Shown piece by piece: positions 37,544-47,113 of a stretch of DNA of 64,000 nt; positions within the stretch are counted from its first letter, which is position 1; each line of letters starts with the position of its first letter. A program made the translations under genes and the position numbers. The DNA is taken from assembly GCA_039196715.1 (NCBI GenBank), contig JBCCUP010000008.1:5488-69487 (forward strand), in the 5' to 3' direction. The notes below the pieces were generated by a model. It was given only the letters and a program-made list of their open reading frames with translations. It ran no database searches and was not told the DNA's origin. The DNA comes from Pseudomonadota bacterium. Its GTDB lineage: Bacteria > Pseudomonadota > Gammaproteobacteria > CALCKW01.

Positions 37544-38854
37544 ATGCCACCCGGACTCATCGTCGCCGCGCCGCACTCGGACGCCGGCAAGACCACCGTG
37601 ACGCTCGCGCTGCTGCGCGCGCTGCGCCGTCGTGCCCGGGTGGGTGCCTTCAAATGCGGACCGGACTACATCGACCCCCGCTTTCATGCCCACGCGTCCG
37701 GCCAGTCCTGTTACAACCTCGACCCCTGGACCCAGTCCGATGCGAGTCTGGCCGAGATCATCGCCTACCACCAGGGTCAGGACCTGCTGCTCGCCGAGGG
37801 GGTAATGGGCCTGTTCGACGGCGCGCCTGACGGCCGCGGCAGCACCGCCGAGCTCGCGCGCCGCACCGGCTGGCCGGTCGTGCTGGTGGTCGATTGCAAG
37901 GGCATGGCAGATTCGATTGCCGCCCTGGTCAGCGGATTTGTCGACTTCGACCGCTCGCTGACCGTGGCCGGCGTGGTGCTCAACCGGGTCGGGTCCGACG
38001 CCCACACCGAGCGACTGCGCGAGGCCCTGGCGCCGTTGCGTGTGCCCGTGCTTGGCGCCCTGCCCCGTCTTCAGACACTCGCGCTGCCGAAACGCCACCT
38101 GGGCCTGCTGCAAGCAGACGAGTTACCCGGGCTCGACCGATTGCTCGATGCGGCCGCCGACACCCTGAGCGCGCACCTCAGCCTCGAGACGACCGTCGCT
38201 GCCGCCGCCCGCGGACACCTGACAGTGGACGCCGATCACTGCCCCTGGGTGCCGGCACTCGGCGACGCTGTGGCCGTCGCGCGCGACCACGCATTCGCGT
38301 TCTGCTACCCCCACTGGCTGCGCCGGTGGCAGGACCGCGGCGTGACCGTGATGCCGTTTTCACCGCTTGCTGACGAGGCTCCCGACCCCTCGGCAACTGG
38401 CGTTTTTCTGCCCGGCGGCTACCCTGAACTGCACGCCGGGACACTTGCCAAGGCCCGGCGTTTCCACCAGGCTCTGTACCAATTCGCCAAGCGTGGCACG
38501 CCGATCTACGGCGAGTGCGGGGGGTTCATGGCGCTCGGCCACACCCTCATCGACGCCGAGTCCCGACCGCACCGGATGGCCGGGTTGCTCGACATCGACA
38601 CAAGTTTCGCCGACCGCCGATTGCAGCTCGGCTACCGCCGTGTCCAACTCGCGGCACCGACGCCGCTCGGCTCAGCCCCCTTGGGTGCCCACGAATTCCA
38701 CTACAGCCAGCGCGTAGCGAGTCGGCAAGCCGCAGCCACGGCCGAGATCGTCGACGCCCGCGGTCAGCGACACGACAACACCTGGTTCGCGTCCGGCAGC
38801 GTGTCCGGCAGCTACCTGCACGCCATTGACGCGTTTGCGCAGCTCCAAACATGA
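37544..38854 (+). CDS. cobB: cobyrinic acid (hydrogenobyrinic acid) a,c-diamide synthase
   Basis: P-loop N-terminus GLIVAAPHSDAGKTTVTLALLRAL. The C-terminal GATase domain has YGECGGFMALG. 436 aa. Confidence 0.88.
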   Translation: MPPGLIVAAPHSDAGKTTVTLALLRALRRRARVGAFKCGPDYIDPRFHAHASGQSCYNLDPWTQSDASLAEIIAYHQGQDLLLAEGVMGLFDGAPDGRGSTAELARRTGWPVVLVVDCKGMADSIAALVSGFVDFDRSLTVAGVVLNRVGSDAHTERLREALAPLRVPVLGALPRLQTLALPKRHLGLLQADELPGLDRLLDAAADTLSAHLSLETTVAAAARGHLTVDADHCPWVPALGDAVAVARDHAFAFCYPHWLRRWQDRGVTVMPFSPLADEAPDPSATGVFLPGGYPELHAGTLAKARRFHQALYQFAKRGTPIYGECGGFMALGHTLIDAESRPHRMAGLLDIDTSFADRRLQLGYRRVQLAAPTPLGSAPLGAHEFHYSQRVASRQAAATAEIVDARGQRHDNTWFASGSVSGSYLHAIDAFAQLQT

Positions 38855-38938
38855 AAACCCTGACACCAGGCAAGGTCTGATCCGGCTGTCACGGGTGTGG
38901 TAGTCTGCGGCGCTGACGGCACGCTTCAGGAGTCCACC

Positions 38939-39487
38939 ATGGCCAAGCAGTTTCCGGCGATCGACGCCAAGCACCGGGAATTCATCGAAGCGCAGCAGAT
39001 GTTCTTCGTCGCCACCGCGGCAGAGGCCGGCCGCGTCAACCTGTCACCGAAGGGCAAGGACGCGTTTCGCGTGCTCGACGCCAACCGCATCCTGTGGCTC
39101 AACCTGACCGGCAGCGGCAACGAGACCGCCGCACACCTCAAACAGAATCCGCGAATGACGGTCATGTTCTGCGCCTTCGAGGGCGCGCCGATGATCCTGC
39201 GGTTGTACGGCACGGCGCGCACGGTGCACGAATGGGACGCGGACTGGGAGACCCTCTATGGCCACTTCGACCCGGCAACCGGCGCCCGCCAGGTCTACGA
39301 CATGGCGGTCGATCTGGTGCAGACCAGTTGCGGCTTCGCCGTGCCGGCGTACGCCTACGAAGGGCAGCGCGACATCCTCGACACCTGGGCCGACAAGCGC
39401 GGCAAGGACGGCGTGCGCACCTACTGGCGCGAGCGCAACGGCCTGTCGATCGACGGGTTCGAGACCGGCACCGCGCGCGACACGTAG
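38939..39487 (+). CDS. pyridoxamine 5'-phosphate oxidase family protein (FMN-binding split barrel)
   Basis: An AGGAG RBS precedes ATG 38939. The sequence EFIEAQQMFFVATAAEAGRVNLSPKG is typical of the PNPOx-like fold. Confidence 0.65.
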   Translation: MAKQFPAIDAKHREFIEAQQMFFVATAAEAGRVNLSPKGKDAFRVLDANRILWLNLTGSGNETAAHLKQNPRMTVMFCAFEGAPMILRLYGTARTVHEWDADWETLYGHFDPATGARQVYDMAVDLVQTSCGFAVPAYAYEGQRDILDTWADKRGKDGVRTYWRERNGLSIDGFETGTARDT

Positions 39488-40314
39488 TCGGCGAGCGCCG
39501 CTGCATACTGACCGGTGCCGGGCACCGTTTGCTCGCGCCAGGCGCAGTAGCACGCGAAGCGAAAATCGTAGGCGGCCTGGGTGTCGATCCAGGTGGCGTC
39601 CAACGTGACCCCGGCGGCAGCGAGAAAGCGCGCGGCCTCCCAAAGCGGCGCGGGCGGGAATCCGTAGGCCAGGCGCATGCCGCGCGCGAGGTAGCAGGCG
39701 AGGTCTTCGTGCGGGTTGCCAAGCGCGACACACTGCCAATCAACCAACACCGCCGCGTCGCCACCCACCCAATTGCCCGGATGCGGGTCGCGGTGGATCA
39801 CCGTGCATGCGTGAGGCCGGGCACCCACCTCGGGCGCGCTGGCCCGCAGCGCAGCGACCGCCTCGTTGTCGGTGGCGACCCGATCGAGCATATCCAGACC
39901 CTGCTCGACCCACGCCCGCGGCGTGCCGGCCACGACGGACAGCCCGGTCCACGGCGACAGGTCGTGCACCGCGCGAAGCTGCTGTGCCGCCCGCTCGGGC
40001 GCGTGGAAACGGCCACCCGCCACGCAAGGCCAAACCGACCAATCACCCCAGGCGCCAAGCAAGCGCGGCGCGAGTGACGTCGGCGTTGCCTCGGCGGCGG
40101 CACGCTCAACCGCGGCGTCGTTGCCGAACAGCGGGTTGCGCACCGCATCGGCCTGGTGGTGTTTGACGATACAATCTCGCGCGCCAGGCGCAGACGCGCG
40201 CCAGACGCGGTTGCTGTGCGCGCCCGCCACGCTCACCAGCTGCCAGGACGCGCCCGCGGGCGCGAGCTTCAGGTGCTCCAGCAGGGCGACGGCGGTGAAA
40301 TCAGGTTCGGCCAT
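39421..40314 (-). CDS. aminoglycoside-phosphotransferase (APH/choline-kinase) family kinase; candidate BluE-like L-threonine kinase of cobalamin nucleotide-loop assembly
   Basis: Catalytic loop VIHRDPHPGNWV and LVDWQCVALGNPHEDLA (Brenner HxDxxxxN plus DxxxD). It sits between cobB and cbiD. The 785-aa ORF-track frame is mostly a spurious upstream extension. Confidence 0.6.
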   Translation of the reverse strand: MAEPDFTAVALLEHLKLAPAGASWQLVSVAGAHSNRVWRASAPGARDCIVKHHQADAVRNPLFGNDAAVERAAAEATPTSLAPRLLGAWGDWSVWPCVAGGRFHAPERAAQQLRAVHDLSPWTGLSVVAGTPRAWVEQGLDMLDRVATDNEAVAALRASAPEVGARPHACTVIHRDPHPGNWVGGDAAVLVDWQCVALGNPHEDLACYLARGMRLAYGFPPAPLWEAARFLAAAGVTLDATWIDTQAAYDFRFACYCAWREQTVPGTGQYAAALADYVSRAVPVSNPSIDRPLRSRQ

Positions 40315-41418
40315 ATGACTCACAGTTCCGAGCAAACGGGCTCGCAGCCGGCGCAACCGCTCCGACGGGGGTGGACCACCGGCGCGTGCGCCACGGCGGC
40401 CTGCCACGCGGCGTGCCTGGGGCTGCTTCGCGGCGCGCTCCCGGAGACAGTCCGCATCACGTTGCCGCGCGGCGAACAACCCGAGTTCGCGGTCGTCCGT
40501 GGCGAGCTCAGTGCGTATTCTGCCACTGCTACGGTCGAAAAGGATGCCGGAGATGACCCCGATGTGACACACGGGGCCTTGATCAGCGTCCGCCTGAGCC
40601 GAAATACCCTCGGCAGCGTCCGTTTTTTTGCCGGCACAGGGGTCGGCACAGTGACCCTGCCCGGCCTGCCGATCGCTGTCGGCGAGCCCGCGATCAACCC
40701 GGTGCCGCGGCAGATGATGACCGACACGTTGACGGGCCTCAGCGCGGCGCACGGCGTGACCACCGGCTGGGACGTCACGGTCTCTGTCGCGGACGGCGAG
40801 CGGCTCGCGGCCCAGACCTGGAACGGTCGGCTCGGCATTGTCGGCGGCCTGTCGATCCTCGGCACCACCGGTATCGTGCGGCCCTACTCCTGCGCCGCCT
40901 GGATCCACTCGATCCACCGCGGCGTCGACGTCGCGCGGGCGCGCGGGCGCTTGCACGTCGGGGCCTGCACCGGCGCCACGTCCGAGCGTGTGGTGCGCGA
41001 GCGCTACGGTCTGGACGAGACCGACATGCTCGACATGGGCGATTTTGTCGGCCCGCTGCTGAAGTACCTGCGCCAACACCCTGTGGCCCGCCTCACGCTG
41101 GGCGGCGGTTTCGGCAAGTTCTGCAAGCTCGCCCACGGGCACACCGACCTGCACTCCAAACGGTCGCAGGTCGATTTCAGTTGGCTTAGTCGGCAAGTCG
41201 AGCAGCTGTCGAGTGACACAGCCCTGGTGACGCGTTGCCGCCAGGCCAACAGCGCGCTCGACGTGCTCAACCTCTGCGTCGAGGCCGGTGTGCCGATCGC
41301 GTCGCGGATTGCCGAGGGCGCACTGCGCACCGGTGTGGCGCAGCTGCCGGACGACACCCGTGTCGACGTGCTGGTGTGCTCGCGCGACGGCCGGTTGCTG
41401 GCGAGCGCCCACACGTGA
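40315..41418 (+). CDS. cbiD: cobalt-precorrin-5B (C1)-methyltransferase CbiD family
   Basis: Signature N-terminus LRRGWTTGACATAAC. 367 aa. Confidence 0.8.
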   Translation: MTHSSEQTGSQPAQPLRRGWTTGACATAACHAACLGLLRGALPETVRITLPRGEQPEFAVVRGELSAYSATATVEKDAGDDPDVTHGALISVRLSRNTLGSVRFFAGTGVGTVTLPGLPIAVGEPAINPVPRQMMTDTLTGLSAAHGVTTGWDVTVSVADGERLAAQTWNGRLGIVGGLSILGTTGIVRPYSCAAWIHSIHRGVDVARARGRLHVGACTGATSERVVRERYGLDETDMLDMGDFVGPLLKYLRQHPVARLTLGGGFGKFCKLAHGHTDLHSKRSQVDFSWLSRQVEQLSSDTALVTRCRQANSALDVLNLCVEAGVPIASRIAEGALRTGVAQLPDDTRVDVLVCSRDGRLLASAHT

Positions 41419-42101
41419 CCGTGCTGGTGATCGGGGGCACGGCCCGCGCGCGGACGCTCGCCTCGCGCCTGGCCCGCTCCCAGACGGTGATCTACGCCCT
41501 GGCGGGCGTGACCCGCAACCCGCGGTTGCCCGCGGGCTGCGAGATCCGCCAGGGCCCGTTTGGTGGCGTCGAGGGCTTGTGTCGCTTTCTAAAGTCCGCG
41601 GGCGTACGCCAGATCGTCGACGGCAGCCACCCCCACGCAACTGGAATCTCGGCCAACGCGCAGGCAGCAGCTGCCCGGCACGGCATCCCCTGTGCCCGCC
41701 TGCGCTGGCGGCCGTGGCGGCCCGATCACGGTGACCGCTGGCGACAGTTTGGTGACCCGCGTGCGCTGGTCGCGGCACTTGCCGCTCGCGCGCCCAGCCG
41801 CGTGCTGCTCACGCTCGGGGCCCGCGCCTCGACCCCGGTGATTGCGGTGGCAGGGCACCGGTTCTGGTTGCGCAGTATCGAGGCGCCCGACACCGCCGCC
41901 GCCGCGTCACCGGTCGACGTGATTCGCGCGCGGGGCCCCTTCGACGAGGCCGATGAACACGCGTTGCTCCAACGCCTCGGCATCGACCTGCTGGTGTGCA
42001 AGAACAGTGGGTTGCGCGAAGGACGTGCCAAACTCACAGCAGCACGCGCGCTCGGCATCGAGGTGTGGTTGTTGCAGGCCACTCCGTCAGTGGCCCGGTG
42101 A
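41415..42101 (+). CDS. cobK: precorrin-6A / cobalt-precorrin-6A reductase
   Basis: The GTG start overlaps the cbiD stop (GTGA). The N-terminus VLVIGGTARARTLASRL is typical of CobK/CbiJ. 228 aa. Confidence 0.75.
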   Translation: MTVLVIGGTARARTLASRLARSQTVIYALAGVTRNPRLPAGCEIRQGPFGGVEGLCRFLKSAGVRQIVDGSHPHATGISANAQAAAARHGIPCARLRWRPWRPDHGDRWRQFGDPRALVAALAARAPSRVLLTLGARASTPVIAVAGHRFWLRSIEAPDTAAAASPVDVIRARGPFDEADEHALLQRLGIDLLVCKNSGLREGRAKLTAARALGIEVWLLQATPSVAR

Positions 42102-42223
42102 CGCCGGGACCACCTTGGGAGACACCGCACGGTGAACCGAAGCCAGCGGGTGCCGCGCTGTGCTCCCGGGTGGCAATCCTGTCTCGGGGCCGTTCCCTTT
42201 CCGCGTGACCGACGAGGCCGTCG

Positions 42224-43108
42224 ATGGACATTCTGACTGACAACCCCGCCGCGCTGGTCGCTGCGGCTATCCGGGCGCTGAGCGTGGGGGTTGCGCTGCT
42301 CGCCGCCGGGACGGTTCTGGTCAACACCCTGTGGATGGACGCCGATGCGATGCGCGCGTCGGGCAGCCCCCGCACCGCGTTGTCGGCCAGTGTGGTCGCG
42401 GTCGTGGCGCTGCTGGTCGACTGGGTGAACACGGCCCGCCTGCTGTACGGCGACGCCGGCAGCGCAGTCGATCCGCTGATCATCCAGAGCGCCCTCGACA
42501 CCCCGCTGGGTCAGTTCTACGCGGTGGCGCTCGCCGGCCTGGCCTGGCTGTTCTTCGCGACAATCGGTGCCCGCACACTGCCCTACCTCGCGGTCCCGGG
42601 CGCGCTGGCGGTGATCGCGAGTGTCGGTCTGGTCGGGCACACCCTGGATGAACCGCGCGCGCTGCTCTATGCGCTGCTGACGCTTCACATCGGCTTCGCC
42701 GCCATGTGGATGGGCGTGCTGATGCCCTTGTCGCGGTTGACTCGCCAGCCGCGCAACCGCGGCTACGCGGCCGACCTCGCCGAGGACCTCGGTCGCGGGG
42801 GTTTCGTGCTGCTGCCCAGCATCGCGCTCGCGGCGGGCTACCTCGGCTGGCTGTTACTCGGCCAACCCACCAGCGTGCCCACCCACGCCTACGCGCAACT
42901 GATGCTGGTCAAGGTCCTGTTGTTTCTGGCGCTGGTCGCCGTCGGAGCATTCAACCGATTCGTGATCGTGCCGCGCTTGCATGACAGCCTCGGTGCCGGG
43001 GCCTGGCTGCGCGTTACCATCGCACTCGAGGCGCTGCTGTTCGCCGCCATCCTGCTGGCCGTCGCCGTGACAACCGACAACGTCCACCCACGCCCTTTGC
43101 CCGGCTGA
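42224..43108 (+). CDS. CopD-family membrane protein (copper-resistance-D-like 8-TM domain)
   Basis: 294 aa and polytopic, with the conserved His-containing helices GHTLDEP and HIGFAAMWMG. It lies 120 bp downstream of cobK. Confidence 0.6.
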   Translation: MDILTDNPAALVAAAIRALSVGVALLAAGTVLVNTLWMDADAMRASGSPRTALSASVVAVVALLVDWVNTARLLYGDAGSAVDPLIIQSALDTPLGQFYAVALAGLAWLFFATIGARTLPYLAVPGALAVIASVGLVGHTLDEPRALLYALLTLHIGFAAMWMGVLMPLSRLTRQPRNRGYAADLAEDLGRGGFVLLPSIALAAGYLGWLLLGQPTSVPTHAYAQLMLVKVLLFLALVAVGAFNRFVIVPRLHDSLGAGAWLRVTIALEALLFAAILLAVAVTTDNVHPRPLPG

Positions 43109-43158
43109 GCGCAGCCCGGCCTCGCCGGGCCGCGTGGGCACCAGACGGTCCGCGCCGG

Positions 43159-43881
43159 TCAGGACACCAGCGCGTCGACGCGGTAGATCACGAATTCACC
43201 GCCGGTGTGCCACGGGCTGATCGATTCGCGGTGCGCGCTCGACACGGTGCCACGCAGCTTGTCCCAACGGCCGGGCTTGCCCACGCGGTTGGACACCACC
43301 TCGGTCGCCTCGGTGAGCTGCAGCAGGCGATCGGCAAAATCGTAGTGCGTGTGGTCATCGATCAGGACATGCGTGCCAACGCCGATGTGGGGCAAGGCGT
43401 GCAGGAACGCGAGGCTGCGCCCGTTGCCGTGTGGCCCGTCGAGCACCACGAGATCGAACCGGCCGTCGAGGTCGCCGTCGCGCAGCGCGTAGAAGTTGTT
43501 CCGCTGCTGCGTGTCGAGCGGGCTGGTCTTGTCGCGCATCGCCGCGGGGTCGTAGCGACGCTGCGAAAACATGCGCTCGAAGGCGTTGTCGTCGCACTCG
43601 GCGAGCGGGCGTTCGTGCAGCGCGAGAAAGGCGTCGGTTCGCGCTGCATCGAACTGCGGCATGTAGCGCCGGTCGTTGTCGAAGGAGACGATCTGCACAC
43701 GCTCCTGCAATCCGCGTTGCAGCACGAGGTCGACGAAGAAGCGCGTCGAGGACCCGGACCCGAACTCGACGATGCGCACCGTGTGCTGTGCGGCCAGTGT
43801 GGTGTCGACGATGTCGAGCAGCGATGCCAACGCGCGGCGGGACAGACCCCAACCGTCGTTCTTGTAGGCGTCTAGGTCCAT
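43159..43881 (-). CDS. class I SAM-dependent methyltransferase-like protein
   Basis: An AGGAGGG RBS lies 9 nt before the ATG. The motif VRIVEFGSGSSTRFF is glycine-rich and SAM-binding-like, and LVVLDGPHGNG follows. 240 aa. Confidence 0.5.
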   Translation of the reverse strand: MDLDAYKNDGWGLSRRALASLLDIVDTTLAAQHTVRIVEFGSGSSTRFFVDLVLQRGLQERVQIVSFDNDRRYMPQFDAARTDAFLALHERPLAECDDNAFERMFSQRRYDPAAMRDKTSPLDTQQRNNFYALRDGDLDGRFDLVVLDGPHGNGRSLAFLHALPHIGVGTHVLIDDHTHYDFADRLLQLTEATEVVSNRVGKPGRWDKLRGTVSSAHRESISPWHTGGEFVIYRVDALVS

Positions 43882-43990
43882 GCGTCTCGGTCCCTCCTGG
43901 GTGATCCGGTGGTGCGGCGCGGGAACGGGGCCAAGGCCCATTGCGCCGGTGTCCGACACACCGCCGTCGGGTGACAGCGGTGTGACGGTT

Positions 43991-44785
43991 TCAGGCCCAC
44001 ACGCAGACCTTGCTCAGCGACTTGCCACGTTGCAGATACTTTCGCGTGGCACCGAGGCCCATGTCGACATCCAGCGTCGACCCGAGGTCGAGGTAGGTGT
44101 TCTCCGGGTGGGCCGCGTGCAACTCGGCGATCACGATATTCGACAGCACGCCCGCGCAGACCAGCAGCAGCCGGTCCTCGTCGCCCTGGGCGCTGAAGGC
44201 CGCATCGACTTCGGCCAGCACCCTGTCGCAGTCCTGGATCCAGGCGTTACCGCCGGTCTTGATGTGCGCAGCCACGGGAAACGGCAGCCCCGCCGGGTCG
44301 GCCGCCTGGTGGCCGATCAGCAACGGCGGCGTTGGCCAGTCGGCGATCGCGCTCAATGTGTCCGAGCGGAAGACCGCGTAATTGGCGTTGACGAACACGT
44401 TGGCCCAGGTCAATTGCGATTCCGCCTGGCCTGACTCGGCCTGCAAGGTGCGAAACTGCGCCAGCCCGACACAACAGGGGCAGGCGATGCCGACGAAGTA
44501 GTCGGGGTGTTGGTAACGCATCGAGGCGCGCAGCCGCTCGCGTTGCCGTTCGCCGTCGGTCTCGCCCGGCTGGTACCGGTGCTCGCCGTGCAACTTGGCA
44601 GACAGGTCGATCGCGGTGCCGTTGATGATGTGCATTTCACCGTCACCAAAGCGCGTCAGGGCGAAGTGACTGCGCGCACGCAGGCGCGCGTTGAAGGTGT
44701 GCAGTGCGGTGTCGAACCGCTTGTCACCGTCGTACGCCGGCAGCGCGCGGCGCGCGAGGTACCGACGCAGCGCGCGAAGGCTCAC
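43991..44785 (-). CDS. hypothetical protein (CxxC-containing), between a GT2 glycosyltransferase and a methyltransferase
   Basis: 264-aa ORF whose start overlaps the upstream gene. I recognised no family. Confidence 0.45.
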   Translation of the reverse strand: MSLRALRRYLARRALPAYDGDKRFDTALHTFNARLRARSHFALTRFGDGEMHIINGTAIDLSAKLHGEHRYQPGETDGERQRERLRASMRYQHPDYFVGIACPCCVGLAQFRTLQAESGQAESQLTWANVFVNANYAVFRSDTLSAIADWPTPPLLIGHQAADPAGLPFPVAAHIKTGGNAWIQDCDRVLAEVDAAFSAQGDEDRLLLVCAGVLSNIVIAELHAAHPENTYLDLGSTLDVDMGLGATRKYLQRGKSLSKVCVWA

Positions 44786-45690
44786 GTGTCGCGCTCGGCC
44801 AGCACCTGCCAGCCACCCTCGCGCAACGACCGAACCACCTCGTCACGCGTGCTGCCGTGGCCTTCCGTGTTGTGCGTCGCCGTGCGGGTGCGGCCCGCGA
44901 TCTTGCCGAACTCGGGCCGGCACGACCAGCGCGTCGGATCACTCTCAGGGTGCGGCGGCACGTAGGTGTGCACACCACCGTGCTTCAGCGCCATCGCGCT
45001 GAAATGGATGTCCTCGCCGTTCTCCCAGCTCACCGGTGCCTCGCGCCACAGGTACTGCAGGTGGTCGCGGTGGAAGAACCACGCGTGACCGACCAGGTCG
45101 ACTTCGGTGGGCTCGTCGTAGTGGTGTCCGTTCCAGCCGACCTTGTGTTTCGAGGAATAGCGCGCTTCGCGCGGCAGGATCACACCGGAACCGCCGAGGA
45201 TGCCAGGGAACCCACCACGCCAGGTGGCAAGGCAGTTTGCCAACCACTCGGGTTCGGGCAGGATGTCGTCGTCCAGCAGGCAGACCCAGCGCGTGCGCAC
45301 CATCGTGGCCAGGCTGAACCGACCCCAGAACTTCCAGTTGCTGTTGCTGAGCAGCACGCGGTCGGCGATGTGCGAGGCGTCTCTGGCCAGATCATCGTTG
45401 TCGTTGCACCAGACCCAGATCTCACGCGGCGGGCAGGACTGGGCGCGCAGCGCGTCCACCTGCGCCTGAAGGTAGTGTCCGCGCTTGTACACCGTGAGGA
45501 TGGCGGTGACCCCGTCGTCGTCAGAATCGCCGTCGGGCAGCGGCGCGCCACGTCGCTGAAACGCGATGCCCTCGCTGGCGTGCTGGGCCTCGTTCAGCCG
45601 AGCCGGCATCCAGACAGTCCACCAGGCGGCGATGCGCGTTCGCCACCACCATTTCACTCCGTTGACGATACCGCGCTTGGGTCGGCTCAT
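44782..45690 (-). CDS. glycosyltransferase family 2 (GT-A fold)
   Basis: N-terminal ILTVYKRGHYL (the GT2 motif after the first beta-strand), followed by a DDD/DxD motif in LLDDDILPEPEW. Confidence 0.65.
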   Translation of the reverse strand: MSRPKRGIVNGVKWWWRTRIAAWWTVWMPARLNEAQHASEGIAFQRRGAPLPDGDSDDDGVTAILTVYKRGHYLQAQVDALRAQSCPPREIWVWCNDNDDLARDASHIADRVLLSNSNWKFWGRFSLATMVRTRWVCLLDDDILPEPEWLANCLATWRGGFPGILGGSGVILPREARYSSKHKVGWNGHHYDEPTEVDLVGHAWFFHRDHLQYLWREAPVSWENGEDIHFSAMALKHGGVHTYVPPHPESDPTRWSCRPEFGKIAGRTRTATHNTEGHGSTRDEVVRSLREGGWQVLAERDT

Positions 45691-45844
45691 GCGATCAGGG
45701 ATGTCCGCTCATGACATTGGCAGGGGTTCGAGCAGGCCATGGCCGGCTGCACACGGTGAGTGTATCGCACCGCGTACACCAACCGGCCGCCGCACACCAC
45801 CGCCCCGTCGGTTGCCGCGGTATGCGCGTCCGACGCGCTGCGTG

Positions 45845-47113
45845 TCAGCCTTTGCCTTTCCAGGGCACCAGCAGGTTCTCGGCCCAGCGCATCAGCAGGT
45901 CGATGCCAAAGCCGATAACGCCGATCAGGATGATGCCCATGATGACAATGTCGGTGTTCTGGAACTTCGAGGCGGTCATGATCATCATGCCCGCGCCCTG
46001 CTCGGCCGCAACCAGCTCGGCCGCAACCACCGTGCCCCAGCACACACCCATCGCAACCCGGGCCCCGGTGAATATTTCCGGCAAGGAGTTCGGAATGATG
46101 ACGTAGCGCATGATCTGTTTCGGCCCCGCGCCAAGCGAGTAGGCGGCGTGCACTTTCGATATCTTGACGCCCGACACCCCGGCGCGTGCGGCAATCGCCA
46201 TGATCCAGAGCGCCGCCAGGAACAGCAGGATGATCTTGCCCGCCTCGCCGATGCCGGCCCAGATGATCACGAGCGGAATCAGCGCGAGCGGCGGCACCGG
46301 GCGCATGAATTCGACGATCGGATCGAACCACCCGCGGAACCAGTTGCTCAGGCCCATCGCGTAGCCGAGCGGAATCCCGACCAGAGCCCCGAGCAGGAAG
46401 CCGACGACAACGCGGAACAGCGAGTAACCGAGGTGCTCACCCAGGGTGAAGTTGCGAAAACCCTCCTGGAAGATCTTGATCGTCCGCGTCCAGACCGCCT
46501 CCGGCGCAGGCAGGTACAGCGGTTCCATCTGCCAACCGGAGTCCGGGTCGAAGTTGGGCGTGCCCTTGTCGGACAGCGTCACGGTGCCACCGCCCACGTC
46601 GACCGATTCGCCCGGCGAGATGGCCTCGCCGTTGATTGCGATGACCTTGGGCTTCTGGCCGTCGGCGGTGACATCGTTCTTGGCCACGTTGATGAGCTTG
46701 GTTCGCCACTGCGCCACACTCGCCAGGTCGTTCTTTGCAAAGCCGTCCCCGTCCTCAATCTCGGGCAGGGTCGGTTTGACTTCCCGCGGGTGGACCACAA
46801 CGGACACCGTCGCGGTGTCGCTTTGTCCGGCGCTGTCCTCGACCGTGTACTCGAAGTTGACGTCGCCCTCAAACGGGGCCGGCGCATGCAGGAAACCGGG
46901 GATCAGGCTCGACCCGGTGAACATGCCCCACAGCAGCAGGATCGTGGCAATCGACACCACGCTCGCCACCCGGTTGGGGCGGACCGCGCTCTCGTCACCG
47001 AAGGTGACCGTCTTCGCCGCCGAGAAGCCGACTTCACCGGCCGTCTGAATGAGCTTGGTGACGATCAGGTACGCCGCGATGAAAATCAGCACATAGATGA
47101 TCAGCGGAATCAT
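45845..47113 (-). CDS. ABC transporter permease (NitT/TauT family, TauC/SsuC-like) with an about 200-aa N-terminal extension (two extra TM helices plus a periplasmic Ig-like domain)
   Basis: The C-terminal 250 aa form a canonical TauC-type core (LPAPEAVW...FRVVVGFLLGALVGIPLG...EAA loop). The N-terminus has MIPLIIYVLIFIAAYLIV plus FEYTVEDSAGQSDTATVSVVVHP. Confidence 0.8.
   Translation of the reverse strand: MIPLIIYVLIFIAAYLIVTKLIQTAGEVGFSAAKTVTFGDESAVRPNRVASVVSIATILLLWGMFTGSSLIPGFLHAPAPFEGDVNFEYTVEDSAGQSDTATVSVVVHPREVKPTLPEIEDGDGFAKNDLASVAQWRTKLINVAKNDVTADGQKPKVIAINGEAISPGESVDVGGGTVTLSDKGTPNFDPDSGWQMEPLYLPAPEAVWTRTIKIFQEGFRNFTLGEHLGYSLFRVVVGFLLGALVGIPLGYAMGLSNWFRGWFDPIVEFMRPVPPLALIPLVIIWAGIGEAGKIILLFLAALWIMAIAARAGVSGVKISKVHAAYSLGAGPKQIMRYVIIPNSLPEIFTGARVAMGVCWGTVVAAELVAAEQGAGMMIMTASKFQNTDIVIMGIILIGVIGFGIDLLMRWAENLLVPWKGKG

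Noticed and set aside
36531-38113. N-terminal about 220 aa of the 531-aa ORF 36518..38113 (minus strand)
   Set aside because: Only the C-terminal ~306 aa are CbiB-like. The upstream part is low-complexity and overlaps the divergent cobB gene.
40315-41778. Upstream about 490 aa of the 785-aa minus-strand ORF 39421..41778
   Set aside because: R/G/A-rich, no domain, and antisense to cbiD and cobK. Only the last 298 aa form an APH-type kinase.
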